Shown here one piece after another: positions 41,743 through 52,530 of a DNA stretch of 64,000 bases. This stretch comes from Candidatus Thermosaccharophagus tengchongensis (lineage in GTDB: Bacteria > Armatimonadota > Fervidibacteria > Fervidibacterales > Thermosaccharophagaceae). A program made the position numbers and the translations under genes. Every line of letters begins with the position of its first letter. Position 1 is the first letter of the stretch. The notes beneath the pieces were generated by a model. That model was not told where the DNA came from. It searched no databases and saw only the letters and a list, made by a program, of their open reading frames with translations. The stretch is from NCBI GenBank assembly GCA_032161105.1, contig JAVHTD010000008.1. One strand, given 5' to 3'.

Positions 41743-42141
41743 GTGGAGCTGCGCATCCCTGAGGGGCTGCTTTATTCCCCCACACATGAGTGGGTTAAGG
41801 TTGATGGCAACTTAGCAACTATAGGCGTAACTGACTTTGCGCAGCGCGAGATGGGGGAGTTGACTTACATTGAGCTCCCAGATGTCGGCGACCACATTGA
41901 GGCTGGGCAGCCGTTTGGCGTCATAGAGTCGGTGAAGGCGAGTGAGGAAGTTTACTCACCAGTGAGTGGGACTGTCGTTAAAGTGAACGAGCGTTTGCTT
42001 GACGACCCAACGATTGTTAATCAAGACCCATACGGTGATGGGTGGCTCATCGTTGTTGAAATGCCGTCCTCAGAGGAGACGAAGGCGCTGCTTACGGCAC
42101 AGGCGTATGTTGAGATGTTGAGGCGTGAAGGAAGGTTGTGA
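41743..42141 (+). CDS. gcvH: glycine cleavage system H protein
   Basis: HEWV, GVTDFAQ, IESVKA (lipoyl Lys), NQDPYGDGW. Confidence 0.96.
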   Translation: MELRIPEGLLYSPTHEWVKVDGNLATIGVTDFAQREMGELTYIELPDVGDHIEAGQPFGVIESVKASEEVYSPVSGTVVKVNERLLDDPTIVNQDPYGDGWLIVVEMPSSEETKALLTAQAYVEMLRREGRL

Positions 42142-42145
42142 ATGG

Positions 42146-42961
42146 ATGGGCGAAGGCATACGCGTTCGCCTGCTGATTGACAAGCCAGCTGATGGCGCAT
42201 GGAATATGGCGGTTGATGAAGCGGTGCTGAGGATGACATCAATCAGGCGAAACATGCTCACGGTTCGCCTATACATGTGGGAACGCCCAACGGTGTCAGT
42301 TGGATACTTCTCAAGGCTCACAGAGGGGCTGCTGGATAGATGCAAGAAGCGCGGAATTGATGTTGTCAGAAGACTGTCGGGGGGCGGCATAGTCTTTCAC
42401 GATGATGAGGTAACTTATTCGGTGGTGCTTCCAAAGGGACTGATTAGCGACTGTTCGGTGCTAACGGTGTGCAAGTTTGTGAGCGAGGGCGTCATAATTG
42501 GGTTAAGCGAGCTGGGTGTGGATGGGCGTCTTGCCCACAGTGTCTCGGCATGTGCGAGCGGTCGGGTTGAGGGAACGATTCATGGGGCATTGCCTAATGC
42601 GGCGGAATTTTGTTATGCCATGCACTCTCCAACCGACATCGTGGTTGGCTCGGCGAAATTGGTTGGCAGCGCACAGGCTCGTTGTAATGGCGCAATATTA
42701 CAACATGGCTCAGTGCCATTGGGATGGGATAAGGACATGCTTCGCCACTTGTTTGGCGATGGCGTGCTTGAACGACATGAGTTTACTTCGCTTGAGGAGT
42801 TGCTATCATACAAGCCATCGGTTGGAGATGTAATTGAGGCGCTCTGTGTTGGCTTTGAAAGGGCGTTTGGGCGAGCGCTTCATGTTGGCAAGCTGTCTGA
42901 TGACGAGGTTGACCTTGCCCTCAGGCTGGCGGGCAGAAAATGGATTTTGAGGTGCAGTTGA
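42146..42961 (+). CDS. lipoate-protein ligase / octanoyltransferase (LplA/LipM family)
   Basis: NMAVDEA, RLY.W..P.VS.G, VRR.SGGG.V.H, KLVGSAQ, LQHGS; adjacent to gcvH. Confidence 0.9.
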   Translation: MGEGIRVRLLIDKPADGAWNMAVDEAVLRMTSIRRNMLTVRLYMWERPTVSVGYFSRLTEGLLDRCKKRGIDVVRRLSGGGIVFHDDEVTYSVVLPKGLISDCSVLTVCKFVSEGVIIGLSELGVDGRLAHSVSACASGRVEGTIHGALPNAAEFCYAMHSPTDIVVGSAKLVGSAQARCNGAILQHGSVPLGWDKDMLRHLFGDGVLERHEFTSLEELLSYKPSVGDVIEALCVGFERAFGRALHVGKLSDDEVDLALRLAGRKWILRCS

Positions 42962-43062
42962 TCGGTCGCCATTCGCAATCATACTGGCTGTTGACATCCG
43001 ATGACTTAAAGGGCACGATATAGGTGGATGCCAATGGATGCACAAGCGAGGTGATTTGACAG

Positions 43063-43485
43063 ATGACGGCGCCAAGCGCAAGGAAGATACTCGTAGTCGA
43101 TGACGAGAAGCACATAGTCAGGCTTGTGCAGGTAAATTTGGAGAAGCGCGGCTACCAAGTCATAACGGCATACGATGGATTGGAATGCCTTGAGAAGGTG
43201 AAGCAGGAGAAACCAGACCTCATAATTCTTGATGTGATGATGCCGCGCCTTGATGGCTTTGAAACTTTAAAGCGCCTCAAGGCAGATCCAACAACGAGGG
43301 ATATACCGGTTGTGATGCTCACGGCGAGGGCTCAGGATAAGGATGTCTTGACGGGCTATGTCCTCGGAACGGACCTCTACCTCACAAAGCCGTTCAGCCC
43401 GATTGAGCTTTTGACCATGGTTGAGCGCATCTTCCAGAGCCGCGAGGAGGAAGAGGAAGGCATTTACGACCTTGACCGGATGTAG
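43063..43485 (+). CDS. single-domain response regulator
   Basis: ILVVDDE, IILDVMMP (phospho-Asp), MLTA, YLTKPF. Confidence 0.93.
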   Translation: MTAPSARKILVVDDEKHIVRLVQVNLEKRGYQVITAYDGLECLEKVKQEKPDLIILDVMMPRLDGFETLKRLKADPTTRDIPVVMLTARAQDKDVLTGYVLGTDLYLTKPFSPIELLTMVERIFQSREEEEEGIYDLDRM

Positions 43486-43751
43486 GCTCTGGATGGCAGC
43501 TCCTCAACAAGCGCGCTTATGCGCTTAATCGTGCAGTGCCCGTTGTAAGGGGTAAGCGCAATCACCTTGGATGCCAAGCAGTTTTGCGCGGCGAACCTCA
43601 TCCAATGCCCTCTATCTGCCCACAGCCTATGAAGGTAGCTGTCCGCTTTTGCCGCACCGTAGGGAGTTATTTTTGTGCGTCAAATCTTTTGAGCGTGATT
43701 GGCTAACTGCATTTGTGACGATCAAGGGCAAACGGTGTGGAGGTGAATGGG

Positions 43752-46217
43752 ATGTGGAAGCAGCCGCTTGACGGGCGGTGGGAGTTTAGAGAGGTCGGGA
43801 GCAAGGATTGGATGCCAGCTGCAGTCCCCGGATGTGTCCACACGGACCTGCTCTCCTTGGGCTTAATTCCAGACCCGTTCGTTGGAGACAATGAGAGGTT
43901 AGTCCAATGGGTTGCCGAGAGGGATTTTGAATACAGGAAAGTATTTGATGCCGATGAGAAGCTGCTTTCTGAGGGGCGTTTGTATCTTGAGTGCGACGGG
44001 CTTGATACCATAGCCACGCTCATCTTGAACGGTCGGAGGATAGGGCATGCTAATAACATGTTCTTGCGCTGGCGCTTTGATGTGAGTGGGCTGCTTAAAG
44101 GGAAGGGCAATGAGCTGCTCATACGATTCACATCGCCACTCAAGTATGTCCGTCCGAAGATGAAAGCTGAGCCTTTGATATCGCCGAGCATGTCCATTCC
44201 CGGTGCCCCATACATACGCAAAGCGCCATACCAGTTTGGATGGGATTGGGGACCAAAGCTCCCGACGATGGGCATATGGAGGAGCATACGCGTCTGTGGC
44301 TATTCAATCGCACGAATTGAAGATGTGCATATCAGGCAGATGCACACCCGCTCAAAGGTGATACTGACCGCACGAATCGCATTGGAGCGATATGAGGTTG
44401 CACCGCTCAGGTTGACTATGCGGGTGACTTCACCTGACGGGAATGTGATGGAGGCTGCAGGCGAGCTCAGGAGCAGTGATACTGTGGCAACACTTGTGGT
44501 TGAGATAACAGACCCAAAGCTTTGGTATCCGAGGGGGTATGGCGGTCAACCGCTTTATTGCGTGTCAATTGAATTGCTCTCATCAGATGGTGCGCTCCTT
44601 GATGCCGCTTCGTTCCGTGTCGGCTTGCGAACGCTCAGGCTCGTCCAGAAGCCAGATAGATACGGCAAGTCATTCACATTCGTCGTGAACGGCATTCCGA
44701 TATTCTGCAAGGGGGCTAATTGGATACCGGCGGATGTTTTCCCGTCAAGGGTTAGCCGGCAGCGCTATGAGCAATTGCTAAGGAGCGCAGCGGAAGCCAA
44801 CTTCAACATGTTGCGTGTATGGGGCGGTGGCATCTACGAAGATGATGCCTTCTATGACCTGTGTGACGAGCTTGGCATACTCATCTGGCATGACTTCATG
44901 TTCTCGTGCAGCGTCTATCCGGGCGATGATGAGTTCATTGAGAATGTGATCGCAGAAGTGACGGACAACATCAGGCGCATCAGGCATCATCCGTGCTTGG
45001 CGCTTTGGTGCGGGAACAACGAAATGGAGTGGGGATGGGTTGAGTGGGGTTGGAGTGAGCGCCTGCCGAGCAAGCACAAGGAGAACTATGACAGGCTGTT
45101 CCACAACATACTTCCACAAGTGTGTGCGAGAGAGGACCCAGATACGCCATATTGGGCAAGCTCTCCCACCTCCGGGACCCCATTCGTTGACCCAAATGGC
45201 GAAAGCATGGGCGATGGGCACTATTGGGAAGTTTGGCATGGCATGGTGCCGTTCACCGAGTATAGGAAGCACTTCCATCGTTTCGTGAGCGAATTCGGAT
45301 TTCAATCCCTGCCGCACATTGAGACGATCAAAACTTTCGCCACCCCAAAGGACTTCAACCTCACCTCGTATATCATGGAGCATCACCAAAGGCACCCTCG
45401 CGGGAATGAGCTCATGATAACTTACCTTGCTCGGACATTCCGCCTCCCAAAGGACTTTGAGAGCCTTGTATACTTAACGCAGGTTTTGCAAGCCGAGGCG
45501 ATAAGGTGCGGCGTTGAGCATTGGCGGAGAAATAGGCACAGGGTTAGCGGGACGCTGTATTGGCAGCTCAATGATTGTTGGCAGGTTGCCTCTTGGTCAA
45601 GCATTGACTACTTCGGGCGGTGGAAGGCACTCCACTACGCTGCGAGGAGATTTTACAAGCCGGTGCTTCTCTCGGCTGAGGATGAGGGCAGGAACATTCG
45701 GTTGCACATCACCAATGACACGCTTAGCGAATTTGAAGGGCTTGTCAGGTGGTCACTTGAGGGGCTAAATGGCGATGCTATTGAAGGCGGTGAGAAGAAG
45801 GTTGAGGTGGCACCACAATCAAGCGAGCGCGTTCTCAACCTGAATTTCTCGCGCATCGTTAATGAGGAGAATGAGCGCAGGGTCATCCTCGTATACGAGC
45901 TTATCCGAGACGGTGAGCGCATGAGTATGGGCACTGTCAGCTTTGTGCCGCCAAAGCACCTTGAGCTTGAGCCGCCGGAGATAAGCTTTACAGTGAGCGA
46001 TGGCGGGAATGAATTCGTCATCACGCTGTCGGCAAAGAGCCTCGCCAAATTCGTATGGCTGTATTTGCCGGACCAAGATGTGGTCTTCTCTGACAACTGT
46101 TTTGACCTCCCTGCGGGGAGAATCGTGACCGTCACCATCCCGAAGGTCAAAGGGTTAACAGCGAGGGCAGTTGAGCGTGGGCTGCGCATACGAAGCCTCT
46201 ATGATTCGTATGCGTAA
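43752..46217 (+). CDS. beta-mannosidase (GH2)
   Basis: VPG.VH.DL, IRKA.YQFGWDWGP, KGANWIP, RVWGGG.YE, WCGNNE, SEFGFQS, YWQLND.W. Confidence 0.94.
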   Translation: MWKQPLDGRWEFREVGSKDWMPAAVPGCVHTDLLSLGLIPDPFVGDNERLVQWVAERDFEYRKVFDADEKLLSEGRLYLECDGLDTIATLILNGRRIGHANNMFLRWRFDVSGLLKGKGNELLIRFTSPLKYVRPKMKAEPLISPSMSIPGAPYIRKAPYQFGWDWGPKLPTMGIWRSIRVCGYSIARIEDVHIRQMHTRSKVILTARIALERYEVAPLRLTMRVTSPDGNVMEAAGELRSSDTVATLVVEITDPKLWYPRGYGGQPLYCVSIELLSSDGALLDAASFRVGLRTLRLVQKPDRYGKSFTFVVNGIPIFCKGANWIPADVFPSRVSRQRYEQLLRSAAEANFNMLRVWGGGIYEDDAFYDLCDELGILIWHDFMFSCSVYPGDDEFIENVIAEVTDNIRRIRHHPCLALWCGNNEMEWGWVEWGWSERLPSKHKENYDRLFHNILPQVCAREDPDTPYWASSPTSGTPFVDPNGESMGDGHYWEVWHGMVPFTEYRKHFHRFVSEFGFQSLPHIETIKTFATPKDFNLTSYIMEHHQRHPRGNELMITYLARTFRLPKDFESLVYLTQVLQAEAIRCGVEHWRRNRHRVSGTLYWQLNDCWQVASWSSIDYFGRWKALHYAARRFYKPVLLSAEDEGRNIRLHITNDTLSEFEGLVRWSLEGLNGDAIEGGEKKVEVAPQSSERVLNLNFSRIVNEENERRVILVYELIRDGERMSMGTVSFVPPKHLELEPPEISFTVSDGGNEFVITLSAKSLAKFVWLYLPDQDVVFSDNCFDLPAGRIVTVTIPKVKGLTARAVERGLRIRSLYDSYA

Positions 46218-46324
46218 GCAAAGGGATTGCGCGATGTTGCGTATGTATGCCGGCAGTGTGTAGGTGATGAAAGCTTTTTGGTTGCACCTGAAGCTGCTCC
46301 TATGGATGGAGTTGAGCGATCTGC

Positions 46325-47488
46325 TCATCGCACAGCGCTTGCTGCGATTAAGTTAAGCAGTGAAAGCACTGCTGCAGCGATGAAGACATACTCATGTCCA
46401 TACTGCGCCCAGATATATCCGGCGAACCATGGGAGCGACATTGAAACAGCGTGGTCAAGGCTCACGCCGAGAGAAAGCGAAGCTGTGACATCATCATCGT
46501 CCTTGGCGATCCTCTTCAAGTAAGTTGCCCTTGCTATCCCGGTCACGAAGAGGAGTTGGTCAAGGATGTAGCAAGCGAATGCGATGTAAAGTCCAAATGC
46601 TATGTGGGATGCAATTGCGTAAGCCAGACATACGACTATGAGCAGCGCGGAATCAAGCATGAGAACTTTCCTCTCACCCCATTTATCCACAAGCCTCCCG
46701 GCGGCTGGGTTAAACAATGCCACCAGCGGCGACGATATGATCCACAAGCGGACGAATGTTGAAGGCGGTTGCTTAAATATCCTGACAAGCACCCAAGGAC
46801 CGAATGTCAGGAAAAGCTGTTTCCTCGCCCCAAAGAGGATGTTGAGCAGGTAGAACAACCCGTAGCGCCTATCCCATACGAATTTCGGGCGTGGCTGCTC
46901 CCTGCTTTTGAACTCGGGAAGTGTGGCAAAGGATAGAGCCGATACAGTTGCTGAGATGGCTGCGGCTATAAATAAGCCATCATAATGCCACCTTCCGAAC
47001 GCCGACCAAACGATTGCGCACCCGATGATCATGGCTACCGAATCCAGAGCGCGCAACTTGCCGAGCAAAGTTCCCCTTGAATGCGGCGGCGCAAGCTGCA
47101 TCGCTATTGAGCTTGTGAACGGCTGCGCCAGATGTGTTCCGGCGCTCCAAAACAGCAGTGCAGTGATGAGCATAATGTGGTTGCCCTCGGTGAGCGTGAG
47201 CATAGCCATCCCAACTGCTATGAGCAATGCCGCAACGCCGGCAGCCTTTGGTTCGCTCGCGAAATAAAGTGCCCCGCTGAACAGAGCGCATAGGAAGCCG
47301 GGTAGCTCCCTCGGCAGCTCAAGGCGACCACGCTCAATCGGGCTCATGTTGAATTCGTCGCTGAGGAAGTTGTTGAAAGTCGTTCCGTAAATTCCGCCGC
47401 TCACACCGAGCAGCGTTATGCCTATGGCGAACTTGAGGGTGTGCACCATGTTGGCTTTCTGCGCAATTGCCTTTTCATCGCTGTCCAT
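46325..47488 (-). CDS. MFS transporter
   Basis: LELPRELPG, GARKQLF.TF.PW.LV, GRLVDKWGER. Start moved to ATG 47488 to remove the head-to-head overlap. Confidence 0.85.
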   Translation of the reverse strand: MDSDEKAIAQKANMVHTLKFAIGITLLGVSGGIYGTTFNNFLSDEFNMSPIERGRLELPRELPGFLCALFSGALYFASEPKAAGVAALLIAVGMAMLTLTEGNHIMLITALLFWSAGTHLAQPFTSSIAMQLAPPHSRGTLLGKLRALDSVAMIIGCAIVWSAFGRWHYDGLFIAAAISATVSALSFATLPEFKSREQPRPKFVWDRRYGLFYLLNILFGARKQLFLTFGPWVLVRIFKQPPSTFVRLWIISSPLVALFNPAAGRLVDKWGERKVLMLDSALLIVVCLAYAIASHIAFGLYIAFACYILDQLLFVTGIARATYLKRIAKDDDDVTASLSLGVSLDHAVSMSLPWFAGYIWAQYGHEYVFIAAAVLSLLNLIAASAVR

Positions 47489-47629
47489 GACGCTCACCGC
47501 AACCAAGGGGGTTACAATCATTATGATGTCGCGTCGTTCAAAAAAGCTTTCGGCATATCGTGATGATGCGCAAAAGCTCAACGGGGTGAAATGCCATTGG
47601 CATGGGCATCTCAGTATCGCAAGAGCATC

Positions 47630-49882
47630 ATGCCGATTGTCGGATTGACACACTGCACTATTGTCATCTTGCTTTGCTGTGCAGTGCCGCGTGCCTTTGG
47701 CGCACAGCCAAGCCAACATGTGAAGCGCCATGTCCTCATCTTCGTGCTTGACTATGTGAGTTTCAGCGACTTGCTTGCTGTCCAACCGGCCGTCATGATG
47801 CGCTTAATTTCCTCCGGCGGCGTGGCGGCATTGTGCACGAGAGCTGAAGGGGCATTCAACCCGACAAATGCCTGCATGACCGTAGCATGTGGGGATAGGG
47901 CAGCGGCATCGGCGGATGGCGAAGTTGCCCTTAACATTTTTGAGCCACTTGAAAGCAGCGATGCGCTGTCGGCTTACAGGCGCTATACGGGACGCAACCT
48001 CAGCCCAAGCGAAGTGAGCGTCGTTCTTCCCTATGTGGAGGGTCTGAAAAAGTCGCTGGTGAAAAGGCTTCACCGCATCATACCTTTTGCGCTCGGCGAT
48101 TTAGTCAAGGCTTCTGGAATGCGAACGGCTATCATCGGGTGCGACGATGTGAGCCTTGGATATGATTGCGGCAGCCTCTTTAGGCATGCGGCGTTGATTG
48201 CATCGCCATCAGATGGCGCCATACCGCTTGGCGATGTGAGCAAGCGAATGCTCACACATGATGCCAATGCGCCATTCGGAGTCAGCGTCAATTTGAGGAT
48301 GCTTGATGAGCAACTTGAGGAATGCTTTTCAAGTGCCCAGTTGCTTGTCATTGACATTGGCGAGACTTACCGTGCTGCACTTTATGCCGCACGCGCTGGC
48401 GATGAAGTTGCAGTAAAGCTGAGGGCGATGGCATTGCTCAAATGCGACGAGGCACTCAAGCTCATACTGAAGCGCTTTGATGAGCGGCGTGACCTCCTCA
48501 TCATCTTCACCACAACGCCATCTGGCGCATTGAAAAACGAACTCGGATTCATCATTGCCTATGGTGCTGGCGTGATGAAAGGTTCGTTGCTCACATCAAA
48601 GACGACGAGGCGCATTGGGTTGGTCTCGCTCACTGACATTGCTCCGACCGCGTTGCATCACTTGGGCATTGAAACCGACGCGCATATGATCGGGCGAAGG
48701 ATGATCGCCGTCAAAGCCGATGACCATGTTGAGCGAACGCGCAAGCTGATAGAGCTCACCTCGCAATCTGACAGCATGCTCCGTTCAGCCGCGCTCTATT
48801 TCATGGGCGTATTACAATCGCTGCAAGCTGTGCTTGTGTTGATTTGGGCATTGTGCGTCCAACGCAATCGCGGCATGCTGGCGGCAGCTTTCGGGAAAGC
48901 CAGCAATGGCATTAGTGCATTCATCATGGCATTGCCAGTTTCGTATTGGTGCGAGGTGGTGCTCAGGGAACAAATCGGAATGCCATTCATAACGCTGCAA
49001 GTTATTTGGCTGATTGCGCTCGCACTCAGCGCTGTGCTTTGGATGGCGCTGCGCAGCGGGTTGCGCTACATCGTTTTACTCAGTGCCATTTCCTTTCTCG
49101 TGATCCTAACCGATGCCCTCACTGGCGCAAAACTTCAACTCGCATCCATCATGGGTTACTCGCCGTATTATGGCGGGCGATTTTATGGGCTCGGTAATGT
49201 AGGTATGGCTGCGGCACTCGGATGCGCCCTGTTGCTCTCGTGTGCGGCGAGCAGCATTTTGGCTCATAGCTTTCTCAGGGGTTTTCTCTGGCTTGCGCTC
49301 GGCTTACTGACAGCGGTCATCGTAGGGCATCCAAATGTGGGGGCAAACTTTGGCGGGTTGCTATCGGCAGTTCCATCATTCATGGTTGGTTACATCGCGA
49401 TGCAGCGCATAAAGGTGGGCTGGCGTAGCACCCTCTTTGTGTTCGCTGTGCTTTTGTGCGCGCTCGTTGCCTTCATCACCTTTGATCTGCTTCGCGGAGT
49501 TGAGGGCATGAGCCACCTTGGGAGGCTTGTCATTCTCCTGCAGGAGCGTGGCTTTGAAGCGCTTGCGTCAATGCTTTTAACCAAAGCACTCATTTGGTGG
49601 CGTGCATTCAAGCATGTGCCATTCACGGTCGCTCTCTTCGCTTACATCGTCTGCGGGTTTGTAAGTGCTTCGCTTCTGTGGCGCGAGATTAAAAGCGCAG
49701 TTGCATCCGATGAATTGCTTGCAGCATTGATTGCATCATTTGCGTGTGGTGCACTTATATCCCTCCTCGTCAACGATTCAGGTCCACTCACACCAGTCGT
49801 GATGCTCTCATATGGTTGGTCAGCAATTTGGCTCATCATTATCCGAGCGATTGGAAATGCAAGTGGACAGAGCGGAGCTTGA
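47630..49882 (+). CDS. membrane protein with N-terminal alkaline-phosphatase-like extracellular domain
   Basis: Signal peptide, TTRR.GLV.LTDIAPT, then many TMs with GGRFYGLGN, GANFGG, SHLGR, NDSG. Confidence 0.7.
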   Translation: MPIVGLTHCTIVILLCCAVPRAFGAQPSQHVKRHVLIFVLDYVSFSDLLAVQPAVMMRLISSGGVAALCTRAEGAFNPTNACMTVACGDRAAASADGEVALNIFEPLESSDALSAYRRYTGRNLSPSEVSVVLPYVEGLKKSLVKRLHRIIPFALGDLVKASGMRTAIIGCDDVSLGYDCGSLFRHAALIASPSDGAIPLGDVSKRMLTHDANAPFGVSVNLRMLDEQLEECFSSAQLLVIDIGETYRAALYAARAGDEVAVKLRAMALLKCDEALKLILKRFDERRDLLIIFTTTPSGALKNELGFIIAYGAGVMKGSLLTSKTTRRIGLVSLTDIAPTALHHLGIETDAHMIGRRMIAVKADDHVERTRKLIELTSQSDSMLRSAALYFMGVLQSLQAVLVLIWALCVQRNRGMLAAAFGKASNGISAFIMALPVSYWCEVVLREQIGMPFITLQVIWLIALALSAVLWMALRSGLRYIVLLSAISFLVILTDALTGAKLQLASIMGYSPYYGGRFYGLGNVGMAAALGCALLLSCAASSILAHSFLRGFLWLALGLLTAVIVGHPNVGANFGGLLSAVPSFMVGYIAMQRIKVGWRSTLFVFAVLLCALVAFITFDLLRGVEGMSHLGRLVILLQERGFEALASMLLTKALIWWRAFKHVPFTVALFAYIVCGFVSASLLWREIKSAVASDELLAALIASFACGALISLLVNDSGPLTPVVMLSYGWSAIWLIIIRAIGNASGQSGA

Positions 49883-50138
49883 GATGCTGGGTTCAATGGC
49901 TGGGCACGAGGGTGAGAGGGTGACATCTCTTAGGATTTCTTGAAAGCACAATCATCGTGAAGATATGCAAGCTTGTGCGCAAAAGTTGAGAGATGCGAGC
50001 ATGGTATAAATTAAATGGCTTTATCCGTCGATGGATGTTATTGCCGACTTGTGCAAAGCGTTCAGTGAGCGATGAATCTTCAGGACGGCTTTTACGAGCA
50101 GATGGAAGTGATAGCCAATTTGGAGGGCGATATCAAAG

Positions 50139-51689
50139 ATGGCTCTCAAAGCTTTGATGGGGAGCTTAAACCTCGCACCAAGTAGTGTCCGCAAAGACAG
50201 AATGCAATGTGGCATTAGCTTGATTGAGGTGTTGGTGGTCATCGCATTGCTCATCATCGGACTCTGGCTGATGATGAATGTTTTTCCGGTTGGTCAGCGT
50301 GCGCTTAGGGTGTTGAGGGAGCGCAACCTCGCAAGGACAATTGCGGAGCGCATCGCTTATGAGCTCGCAAACTCGGCAAAGTTTGAGGGTGGCTTATTGC
50401 CCGACAATCCGGCGCTATATGAGTATCCATTAGCCGACCTTCGACGGCTTGATTTGCCAGTTGACAGGACTGGCGATGGGATTCCAGACGAGCCACCAGA
50501 TGGTAAAAGAACAATTGAAGATTTGCTTGAACTGCGAAGGCGCTTGAGGTGGGTTGTGGGGGAGAGTTTAACGAGCGCCCCTGCCATAACTGCCTTGGCA
50601 CCCATAAACTCCGTCATCGAAACCCATAGATATCAGCCATACACTGAAGCCAGTAGCCTCACCGAAGTAACTCCAGGCAAATACTTTGTGGATTATTCAA
50701 GAACTCCGCCGGAGATTGTGGTGATGTTCGCCCCGAATCAAACGAAGCGATACCGGATATCTTACATTGCCCAAGTCGGGGGGCAAAAATTCATTGCAAA
50801 TGAGGAACTCATTGAAGCAGCGGCAGATGCAAGCGGCATTGCAAGAATAACGCCACGGCTTTTGGTAAACGCCCAGGGACAAATCATTTTAGTCATTAGT
50901 GTCAAAGAAATTGAACTTATTACAAATCCATTGACTTTAACTGACGAGCAAAAGCGAGCGGGAGTTATCCCGCCCAGCATTCCACCTCCTGAATATATCT
51001 CCTACGAGTTGGGTTCGGATGGCGCTTGGATGATGTGTTGGGGAAGGACTGAGGGATCAACTGGAGGTGTGATATTTGACCCGATTCCGAAGCCTCTAAT
51101 TTCAAAGCTGCAGTCGGAGAGCAGCACCACAGCTGGTATTGCAGCTTTTGGTTCATCTTTACTTACAGTTCCTGATACGGAATTTGAAATTAATCAAACT
51201 GGAATGGTGCTTTTTAGCAACCTCAATCCTGATACCCTCATTCGTCTATCCTACAAATCCGCGAGATCTCCAAATCAGCTCATTGACAACTGGTTCTTTG
51301 TGCCATTTGTCCCGCCATTATCATTTACTCCTTCACCAGCTATTGTTGGTGGAACGCCTGTTGAGGTTTGGCGTGAATATTTTTTGGACCTAAGTGATAG
51401 AGAAAAAATCTTTGTTGCAGGGATGTGGAGTGGATTGCTGCTTAATGTTACATATGTTGACGCAGGTGGGAACAGGAGGTCAATTCTTCGGCGTGTTGAG
51501 TATGACCCGCAAAGGGTAAGCTGGAAAGGCGTGATTTATCTTCCAACACCGTATGTGCATGTTGAGAAGGTGGAAGGCGCTTCAATCAAAGTTTGGGTTA
51601 GCGGTAGATTCTTCTTGGGAGTGGTTGGTGGGAAGCGACCATTAAATTTGGGGAGCGTGATTGAAAAAGAGGCCCTCATTGTGAGGTGA
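50139..51689 (+). CDS. prepilin-type N-terminal cleavage/methylation domain protein (PilV-like, large)
   Basis: G|ISLIEVLVVIALLIIG with Glu at +5; RBS GGAGGG. Confidence 0.82.
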   Translation: MALKALMGSLNLAPSSVRKDRMQCGISLIEVLVVIALLIIGLWLMMNVFPVGQRALRVLRERNLARTIAERIAYELANSAKFEGGLLPDNPALYEYPLADLRRLDLPVDRTGDGIPDEPPDGKRTIEDLLELRRRLRWVVGESLTSAPAITALAPINSVIETHRYQPYTEASSLTEVTPGKYFVDYSRTPPEIVVMFAPNQTKRYRISYIAQVGGQKFIANEELIEAAADASGIARITPRLLVNAQGQIILVISVKEIELITNPLTLTDEQKRAGVIPPSIPPPEYISYELGSDGAWMMCWGRTEGSTGGVIFDPIPKPLISKLQSESSTTAGIAAFGSSLLTVPDTEFEINQTGMVLFSNLNPDTLIRLSYKSARSPNQLIDNWFFVPFVPPLSFTPSPAIVGGTPVEVWREYFLDLSDREKIFVAGMWSGLLLNVTYVDAGGNRRSILRRVEYDPQRVSWKGVIYLPTPYVHVEKVEGASIKVWVSGRFFLGVVGGKRPLNLGSVIEKEALIVR

Positions 51690-51696
51690 TACTGAG

Positions 51697-52530
51697 ATGA
51701 AATGGGCGAGAGGGGAAAATGCCCTAACACTGACAGAGTTGCTCATAGTGTTGGGACTTATAGCCATTGCTGCCGCCATAATTTTGCCGACGATCCCTGG
51801 GGTTAGCACAAGGGGATTGGGAATCCAATGTCAGTTGAATTTGCAGGCAATTTACCAGGCTGTTAAGCTCTATCATCTTGACTATCAGGGCTATCCGCCA
51901 TTTGATTTCGCAAATTGCTCACCATCAAATCCACCAGTCGGCAGAGGGCTGTTAAGCCTTTACAGCTTTGTGCAACCGGATTCAACAGCGCCGCTTGGCT
52001 ACAGGCGAATTAGAACTGGCTACTTAAATTCGCCATCATATTTGCATTGTCCTTTGGATAAAACTCAAAAGTTCGGAGTTGATGATGACAACGATGGCAA
52101 GATAGATGAAGAGTTGTTCAATTTTGTTGACATTGATGGTGATGGAAAGGATGATCTTCCTGTTGACGATGATGGCGATGGGCAGTTTTATGACGATTTG
52201 AAACGCGCAGAATATTGCTCATATCAAGTTCCTGAGGATTTGGATTCTGTGAAGGAAGTTGGCGATAGTTTCACATACCTACGCACTCGCACCGCCAACA
52301 AAGATGATCCAGATGCCATGCGCCAGTTGAGTAGAATTTGCATTGATGGCGATAAAATCCCATATTTTGCTGATGATACGACGGTCATTACATGGTGCAA
52401 ACATCACCGTCGCACTTTAAAGCGCGGCAATGAACCAGCTGATTTGGTTCTTTTCCTTGATGGGCACATAAAAATTATGGAGGCGCCAAGCCAAACCAAT
52501 AATGTTGTGGGATGGCGAAGGAAGCCATGA
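51697..52530 (+). CDS. pilin/pseudopilin-like protein with acidic DxDxDG insert
   Basis: A|LTLTELLIVLGLIAI, C..NL.AIY.A..LY..DY..YPP, C-terminal WC.HH...LFLDGHIK. Confidence 0.82.
   Translation: MKWARGENALTLTELLIVLGLIAIAAAIILPTIPGVSTRGLGIQCQLNLQAIYQAVKLYHLDYQGYPPFDFANCSPSNPPVGRGLLSLYSFVQPDSTAPLGYRRIRTGYLNSPSYLHCPLDKTQKFGVDDDNDGKIDEELFNFVDIDGDGKDDLPVDDDGDGQFYDDLKRAEYCSYQVPEDLDSVKEVGDSFTYLRTRTANKDDPDAMRQLSRICIDGDKIPYFADDTTVITWCKHHRRTLKRGNEPADLVLFLDGHIKIMEAPSQTNNVVGWRRKP

Noticed and set aside
47489..47785. Long head-to-head overlap between the MFS and membrane-protein genes
   Set aside because: An artefact of longest-ORF start choice; starts at 47488 and 47630 remove it.
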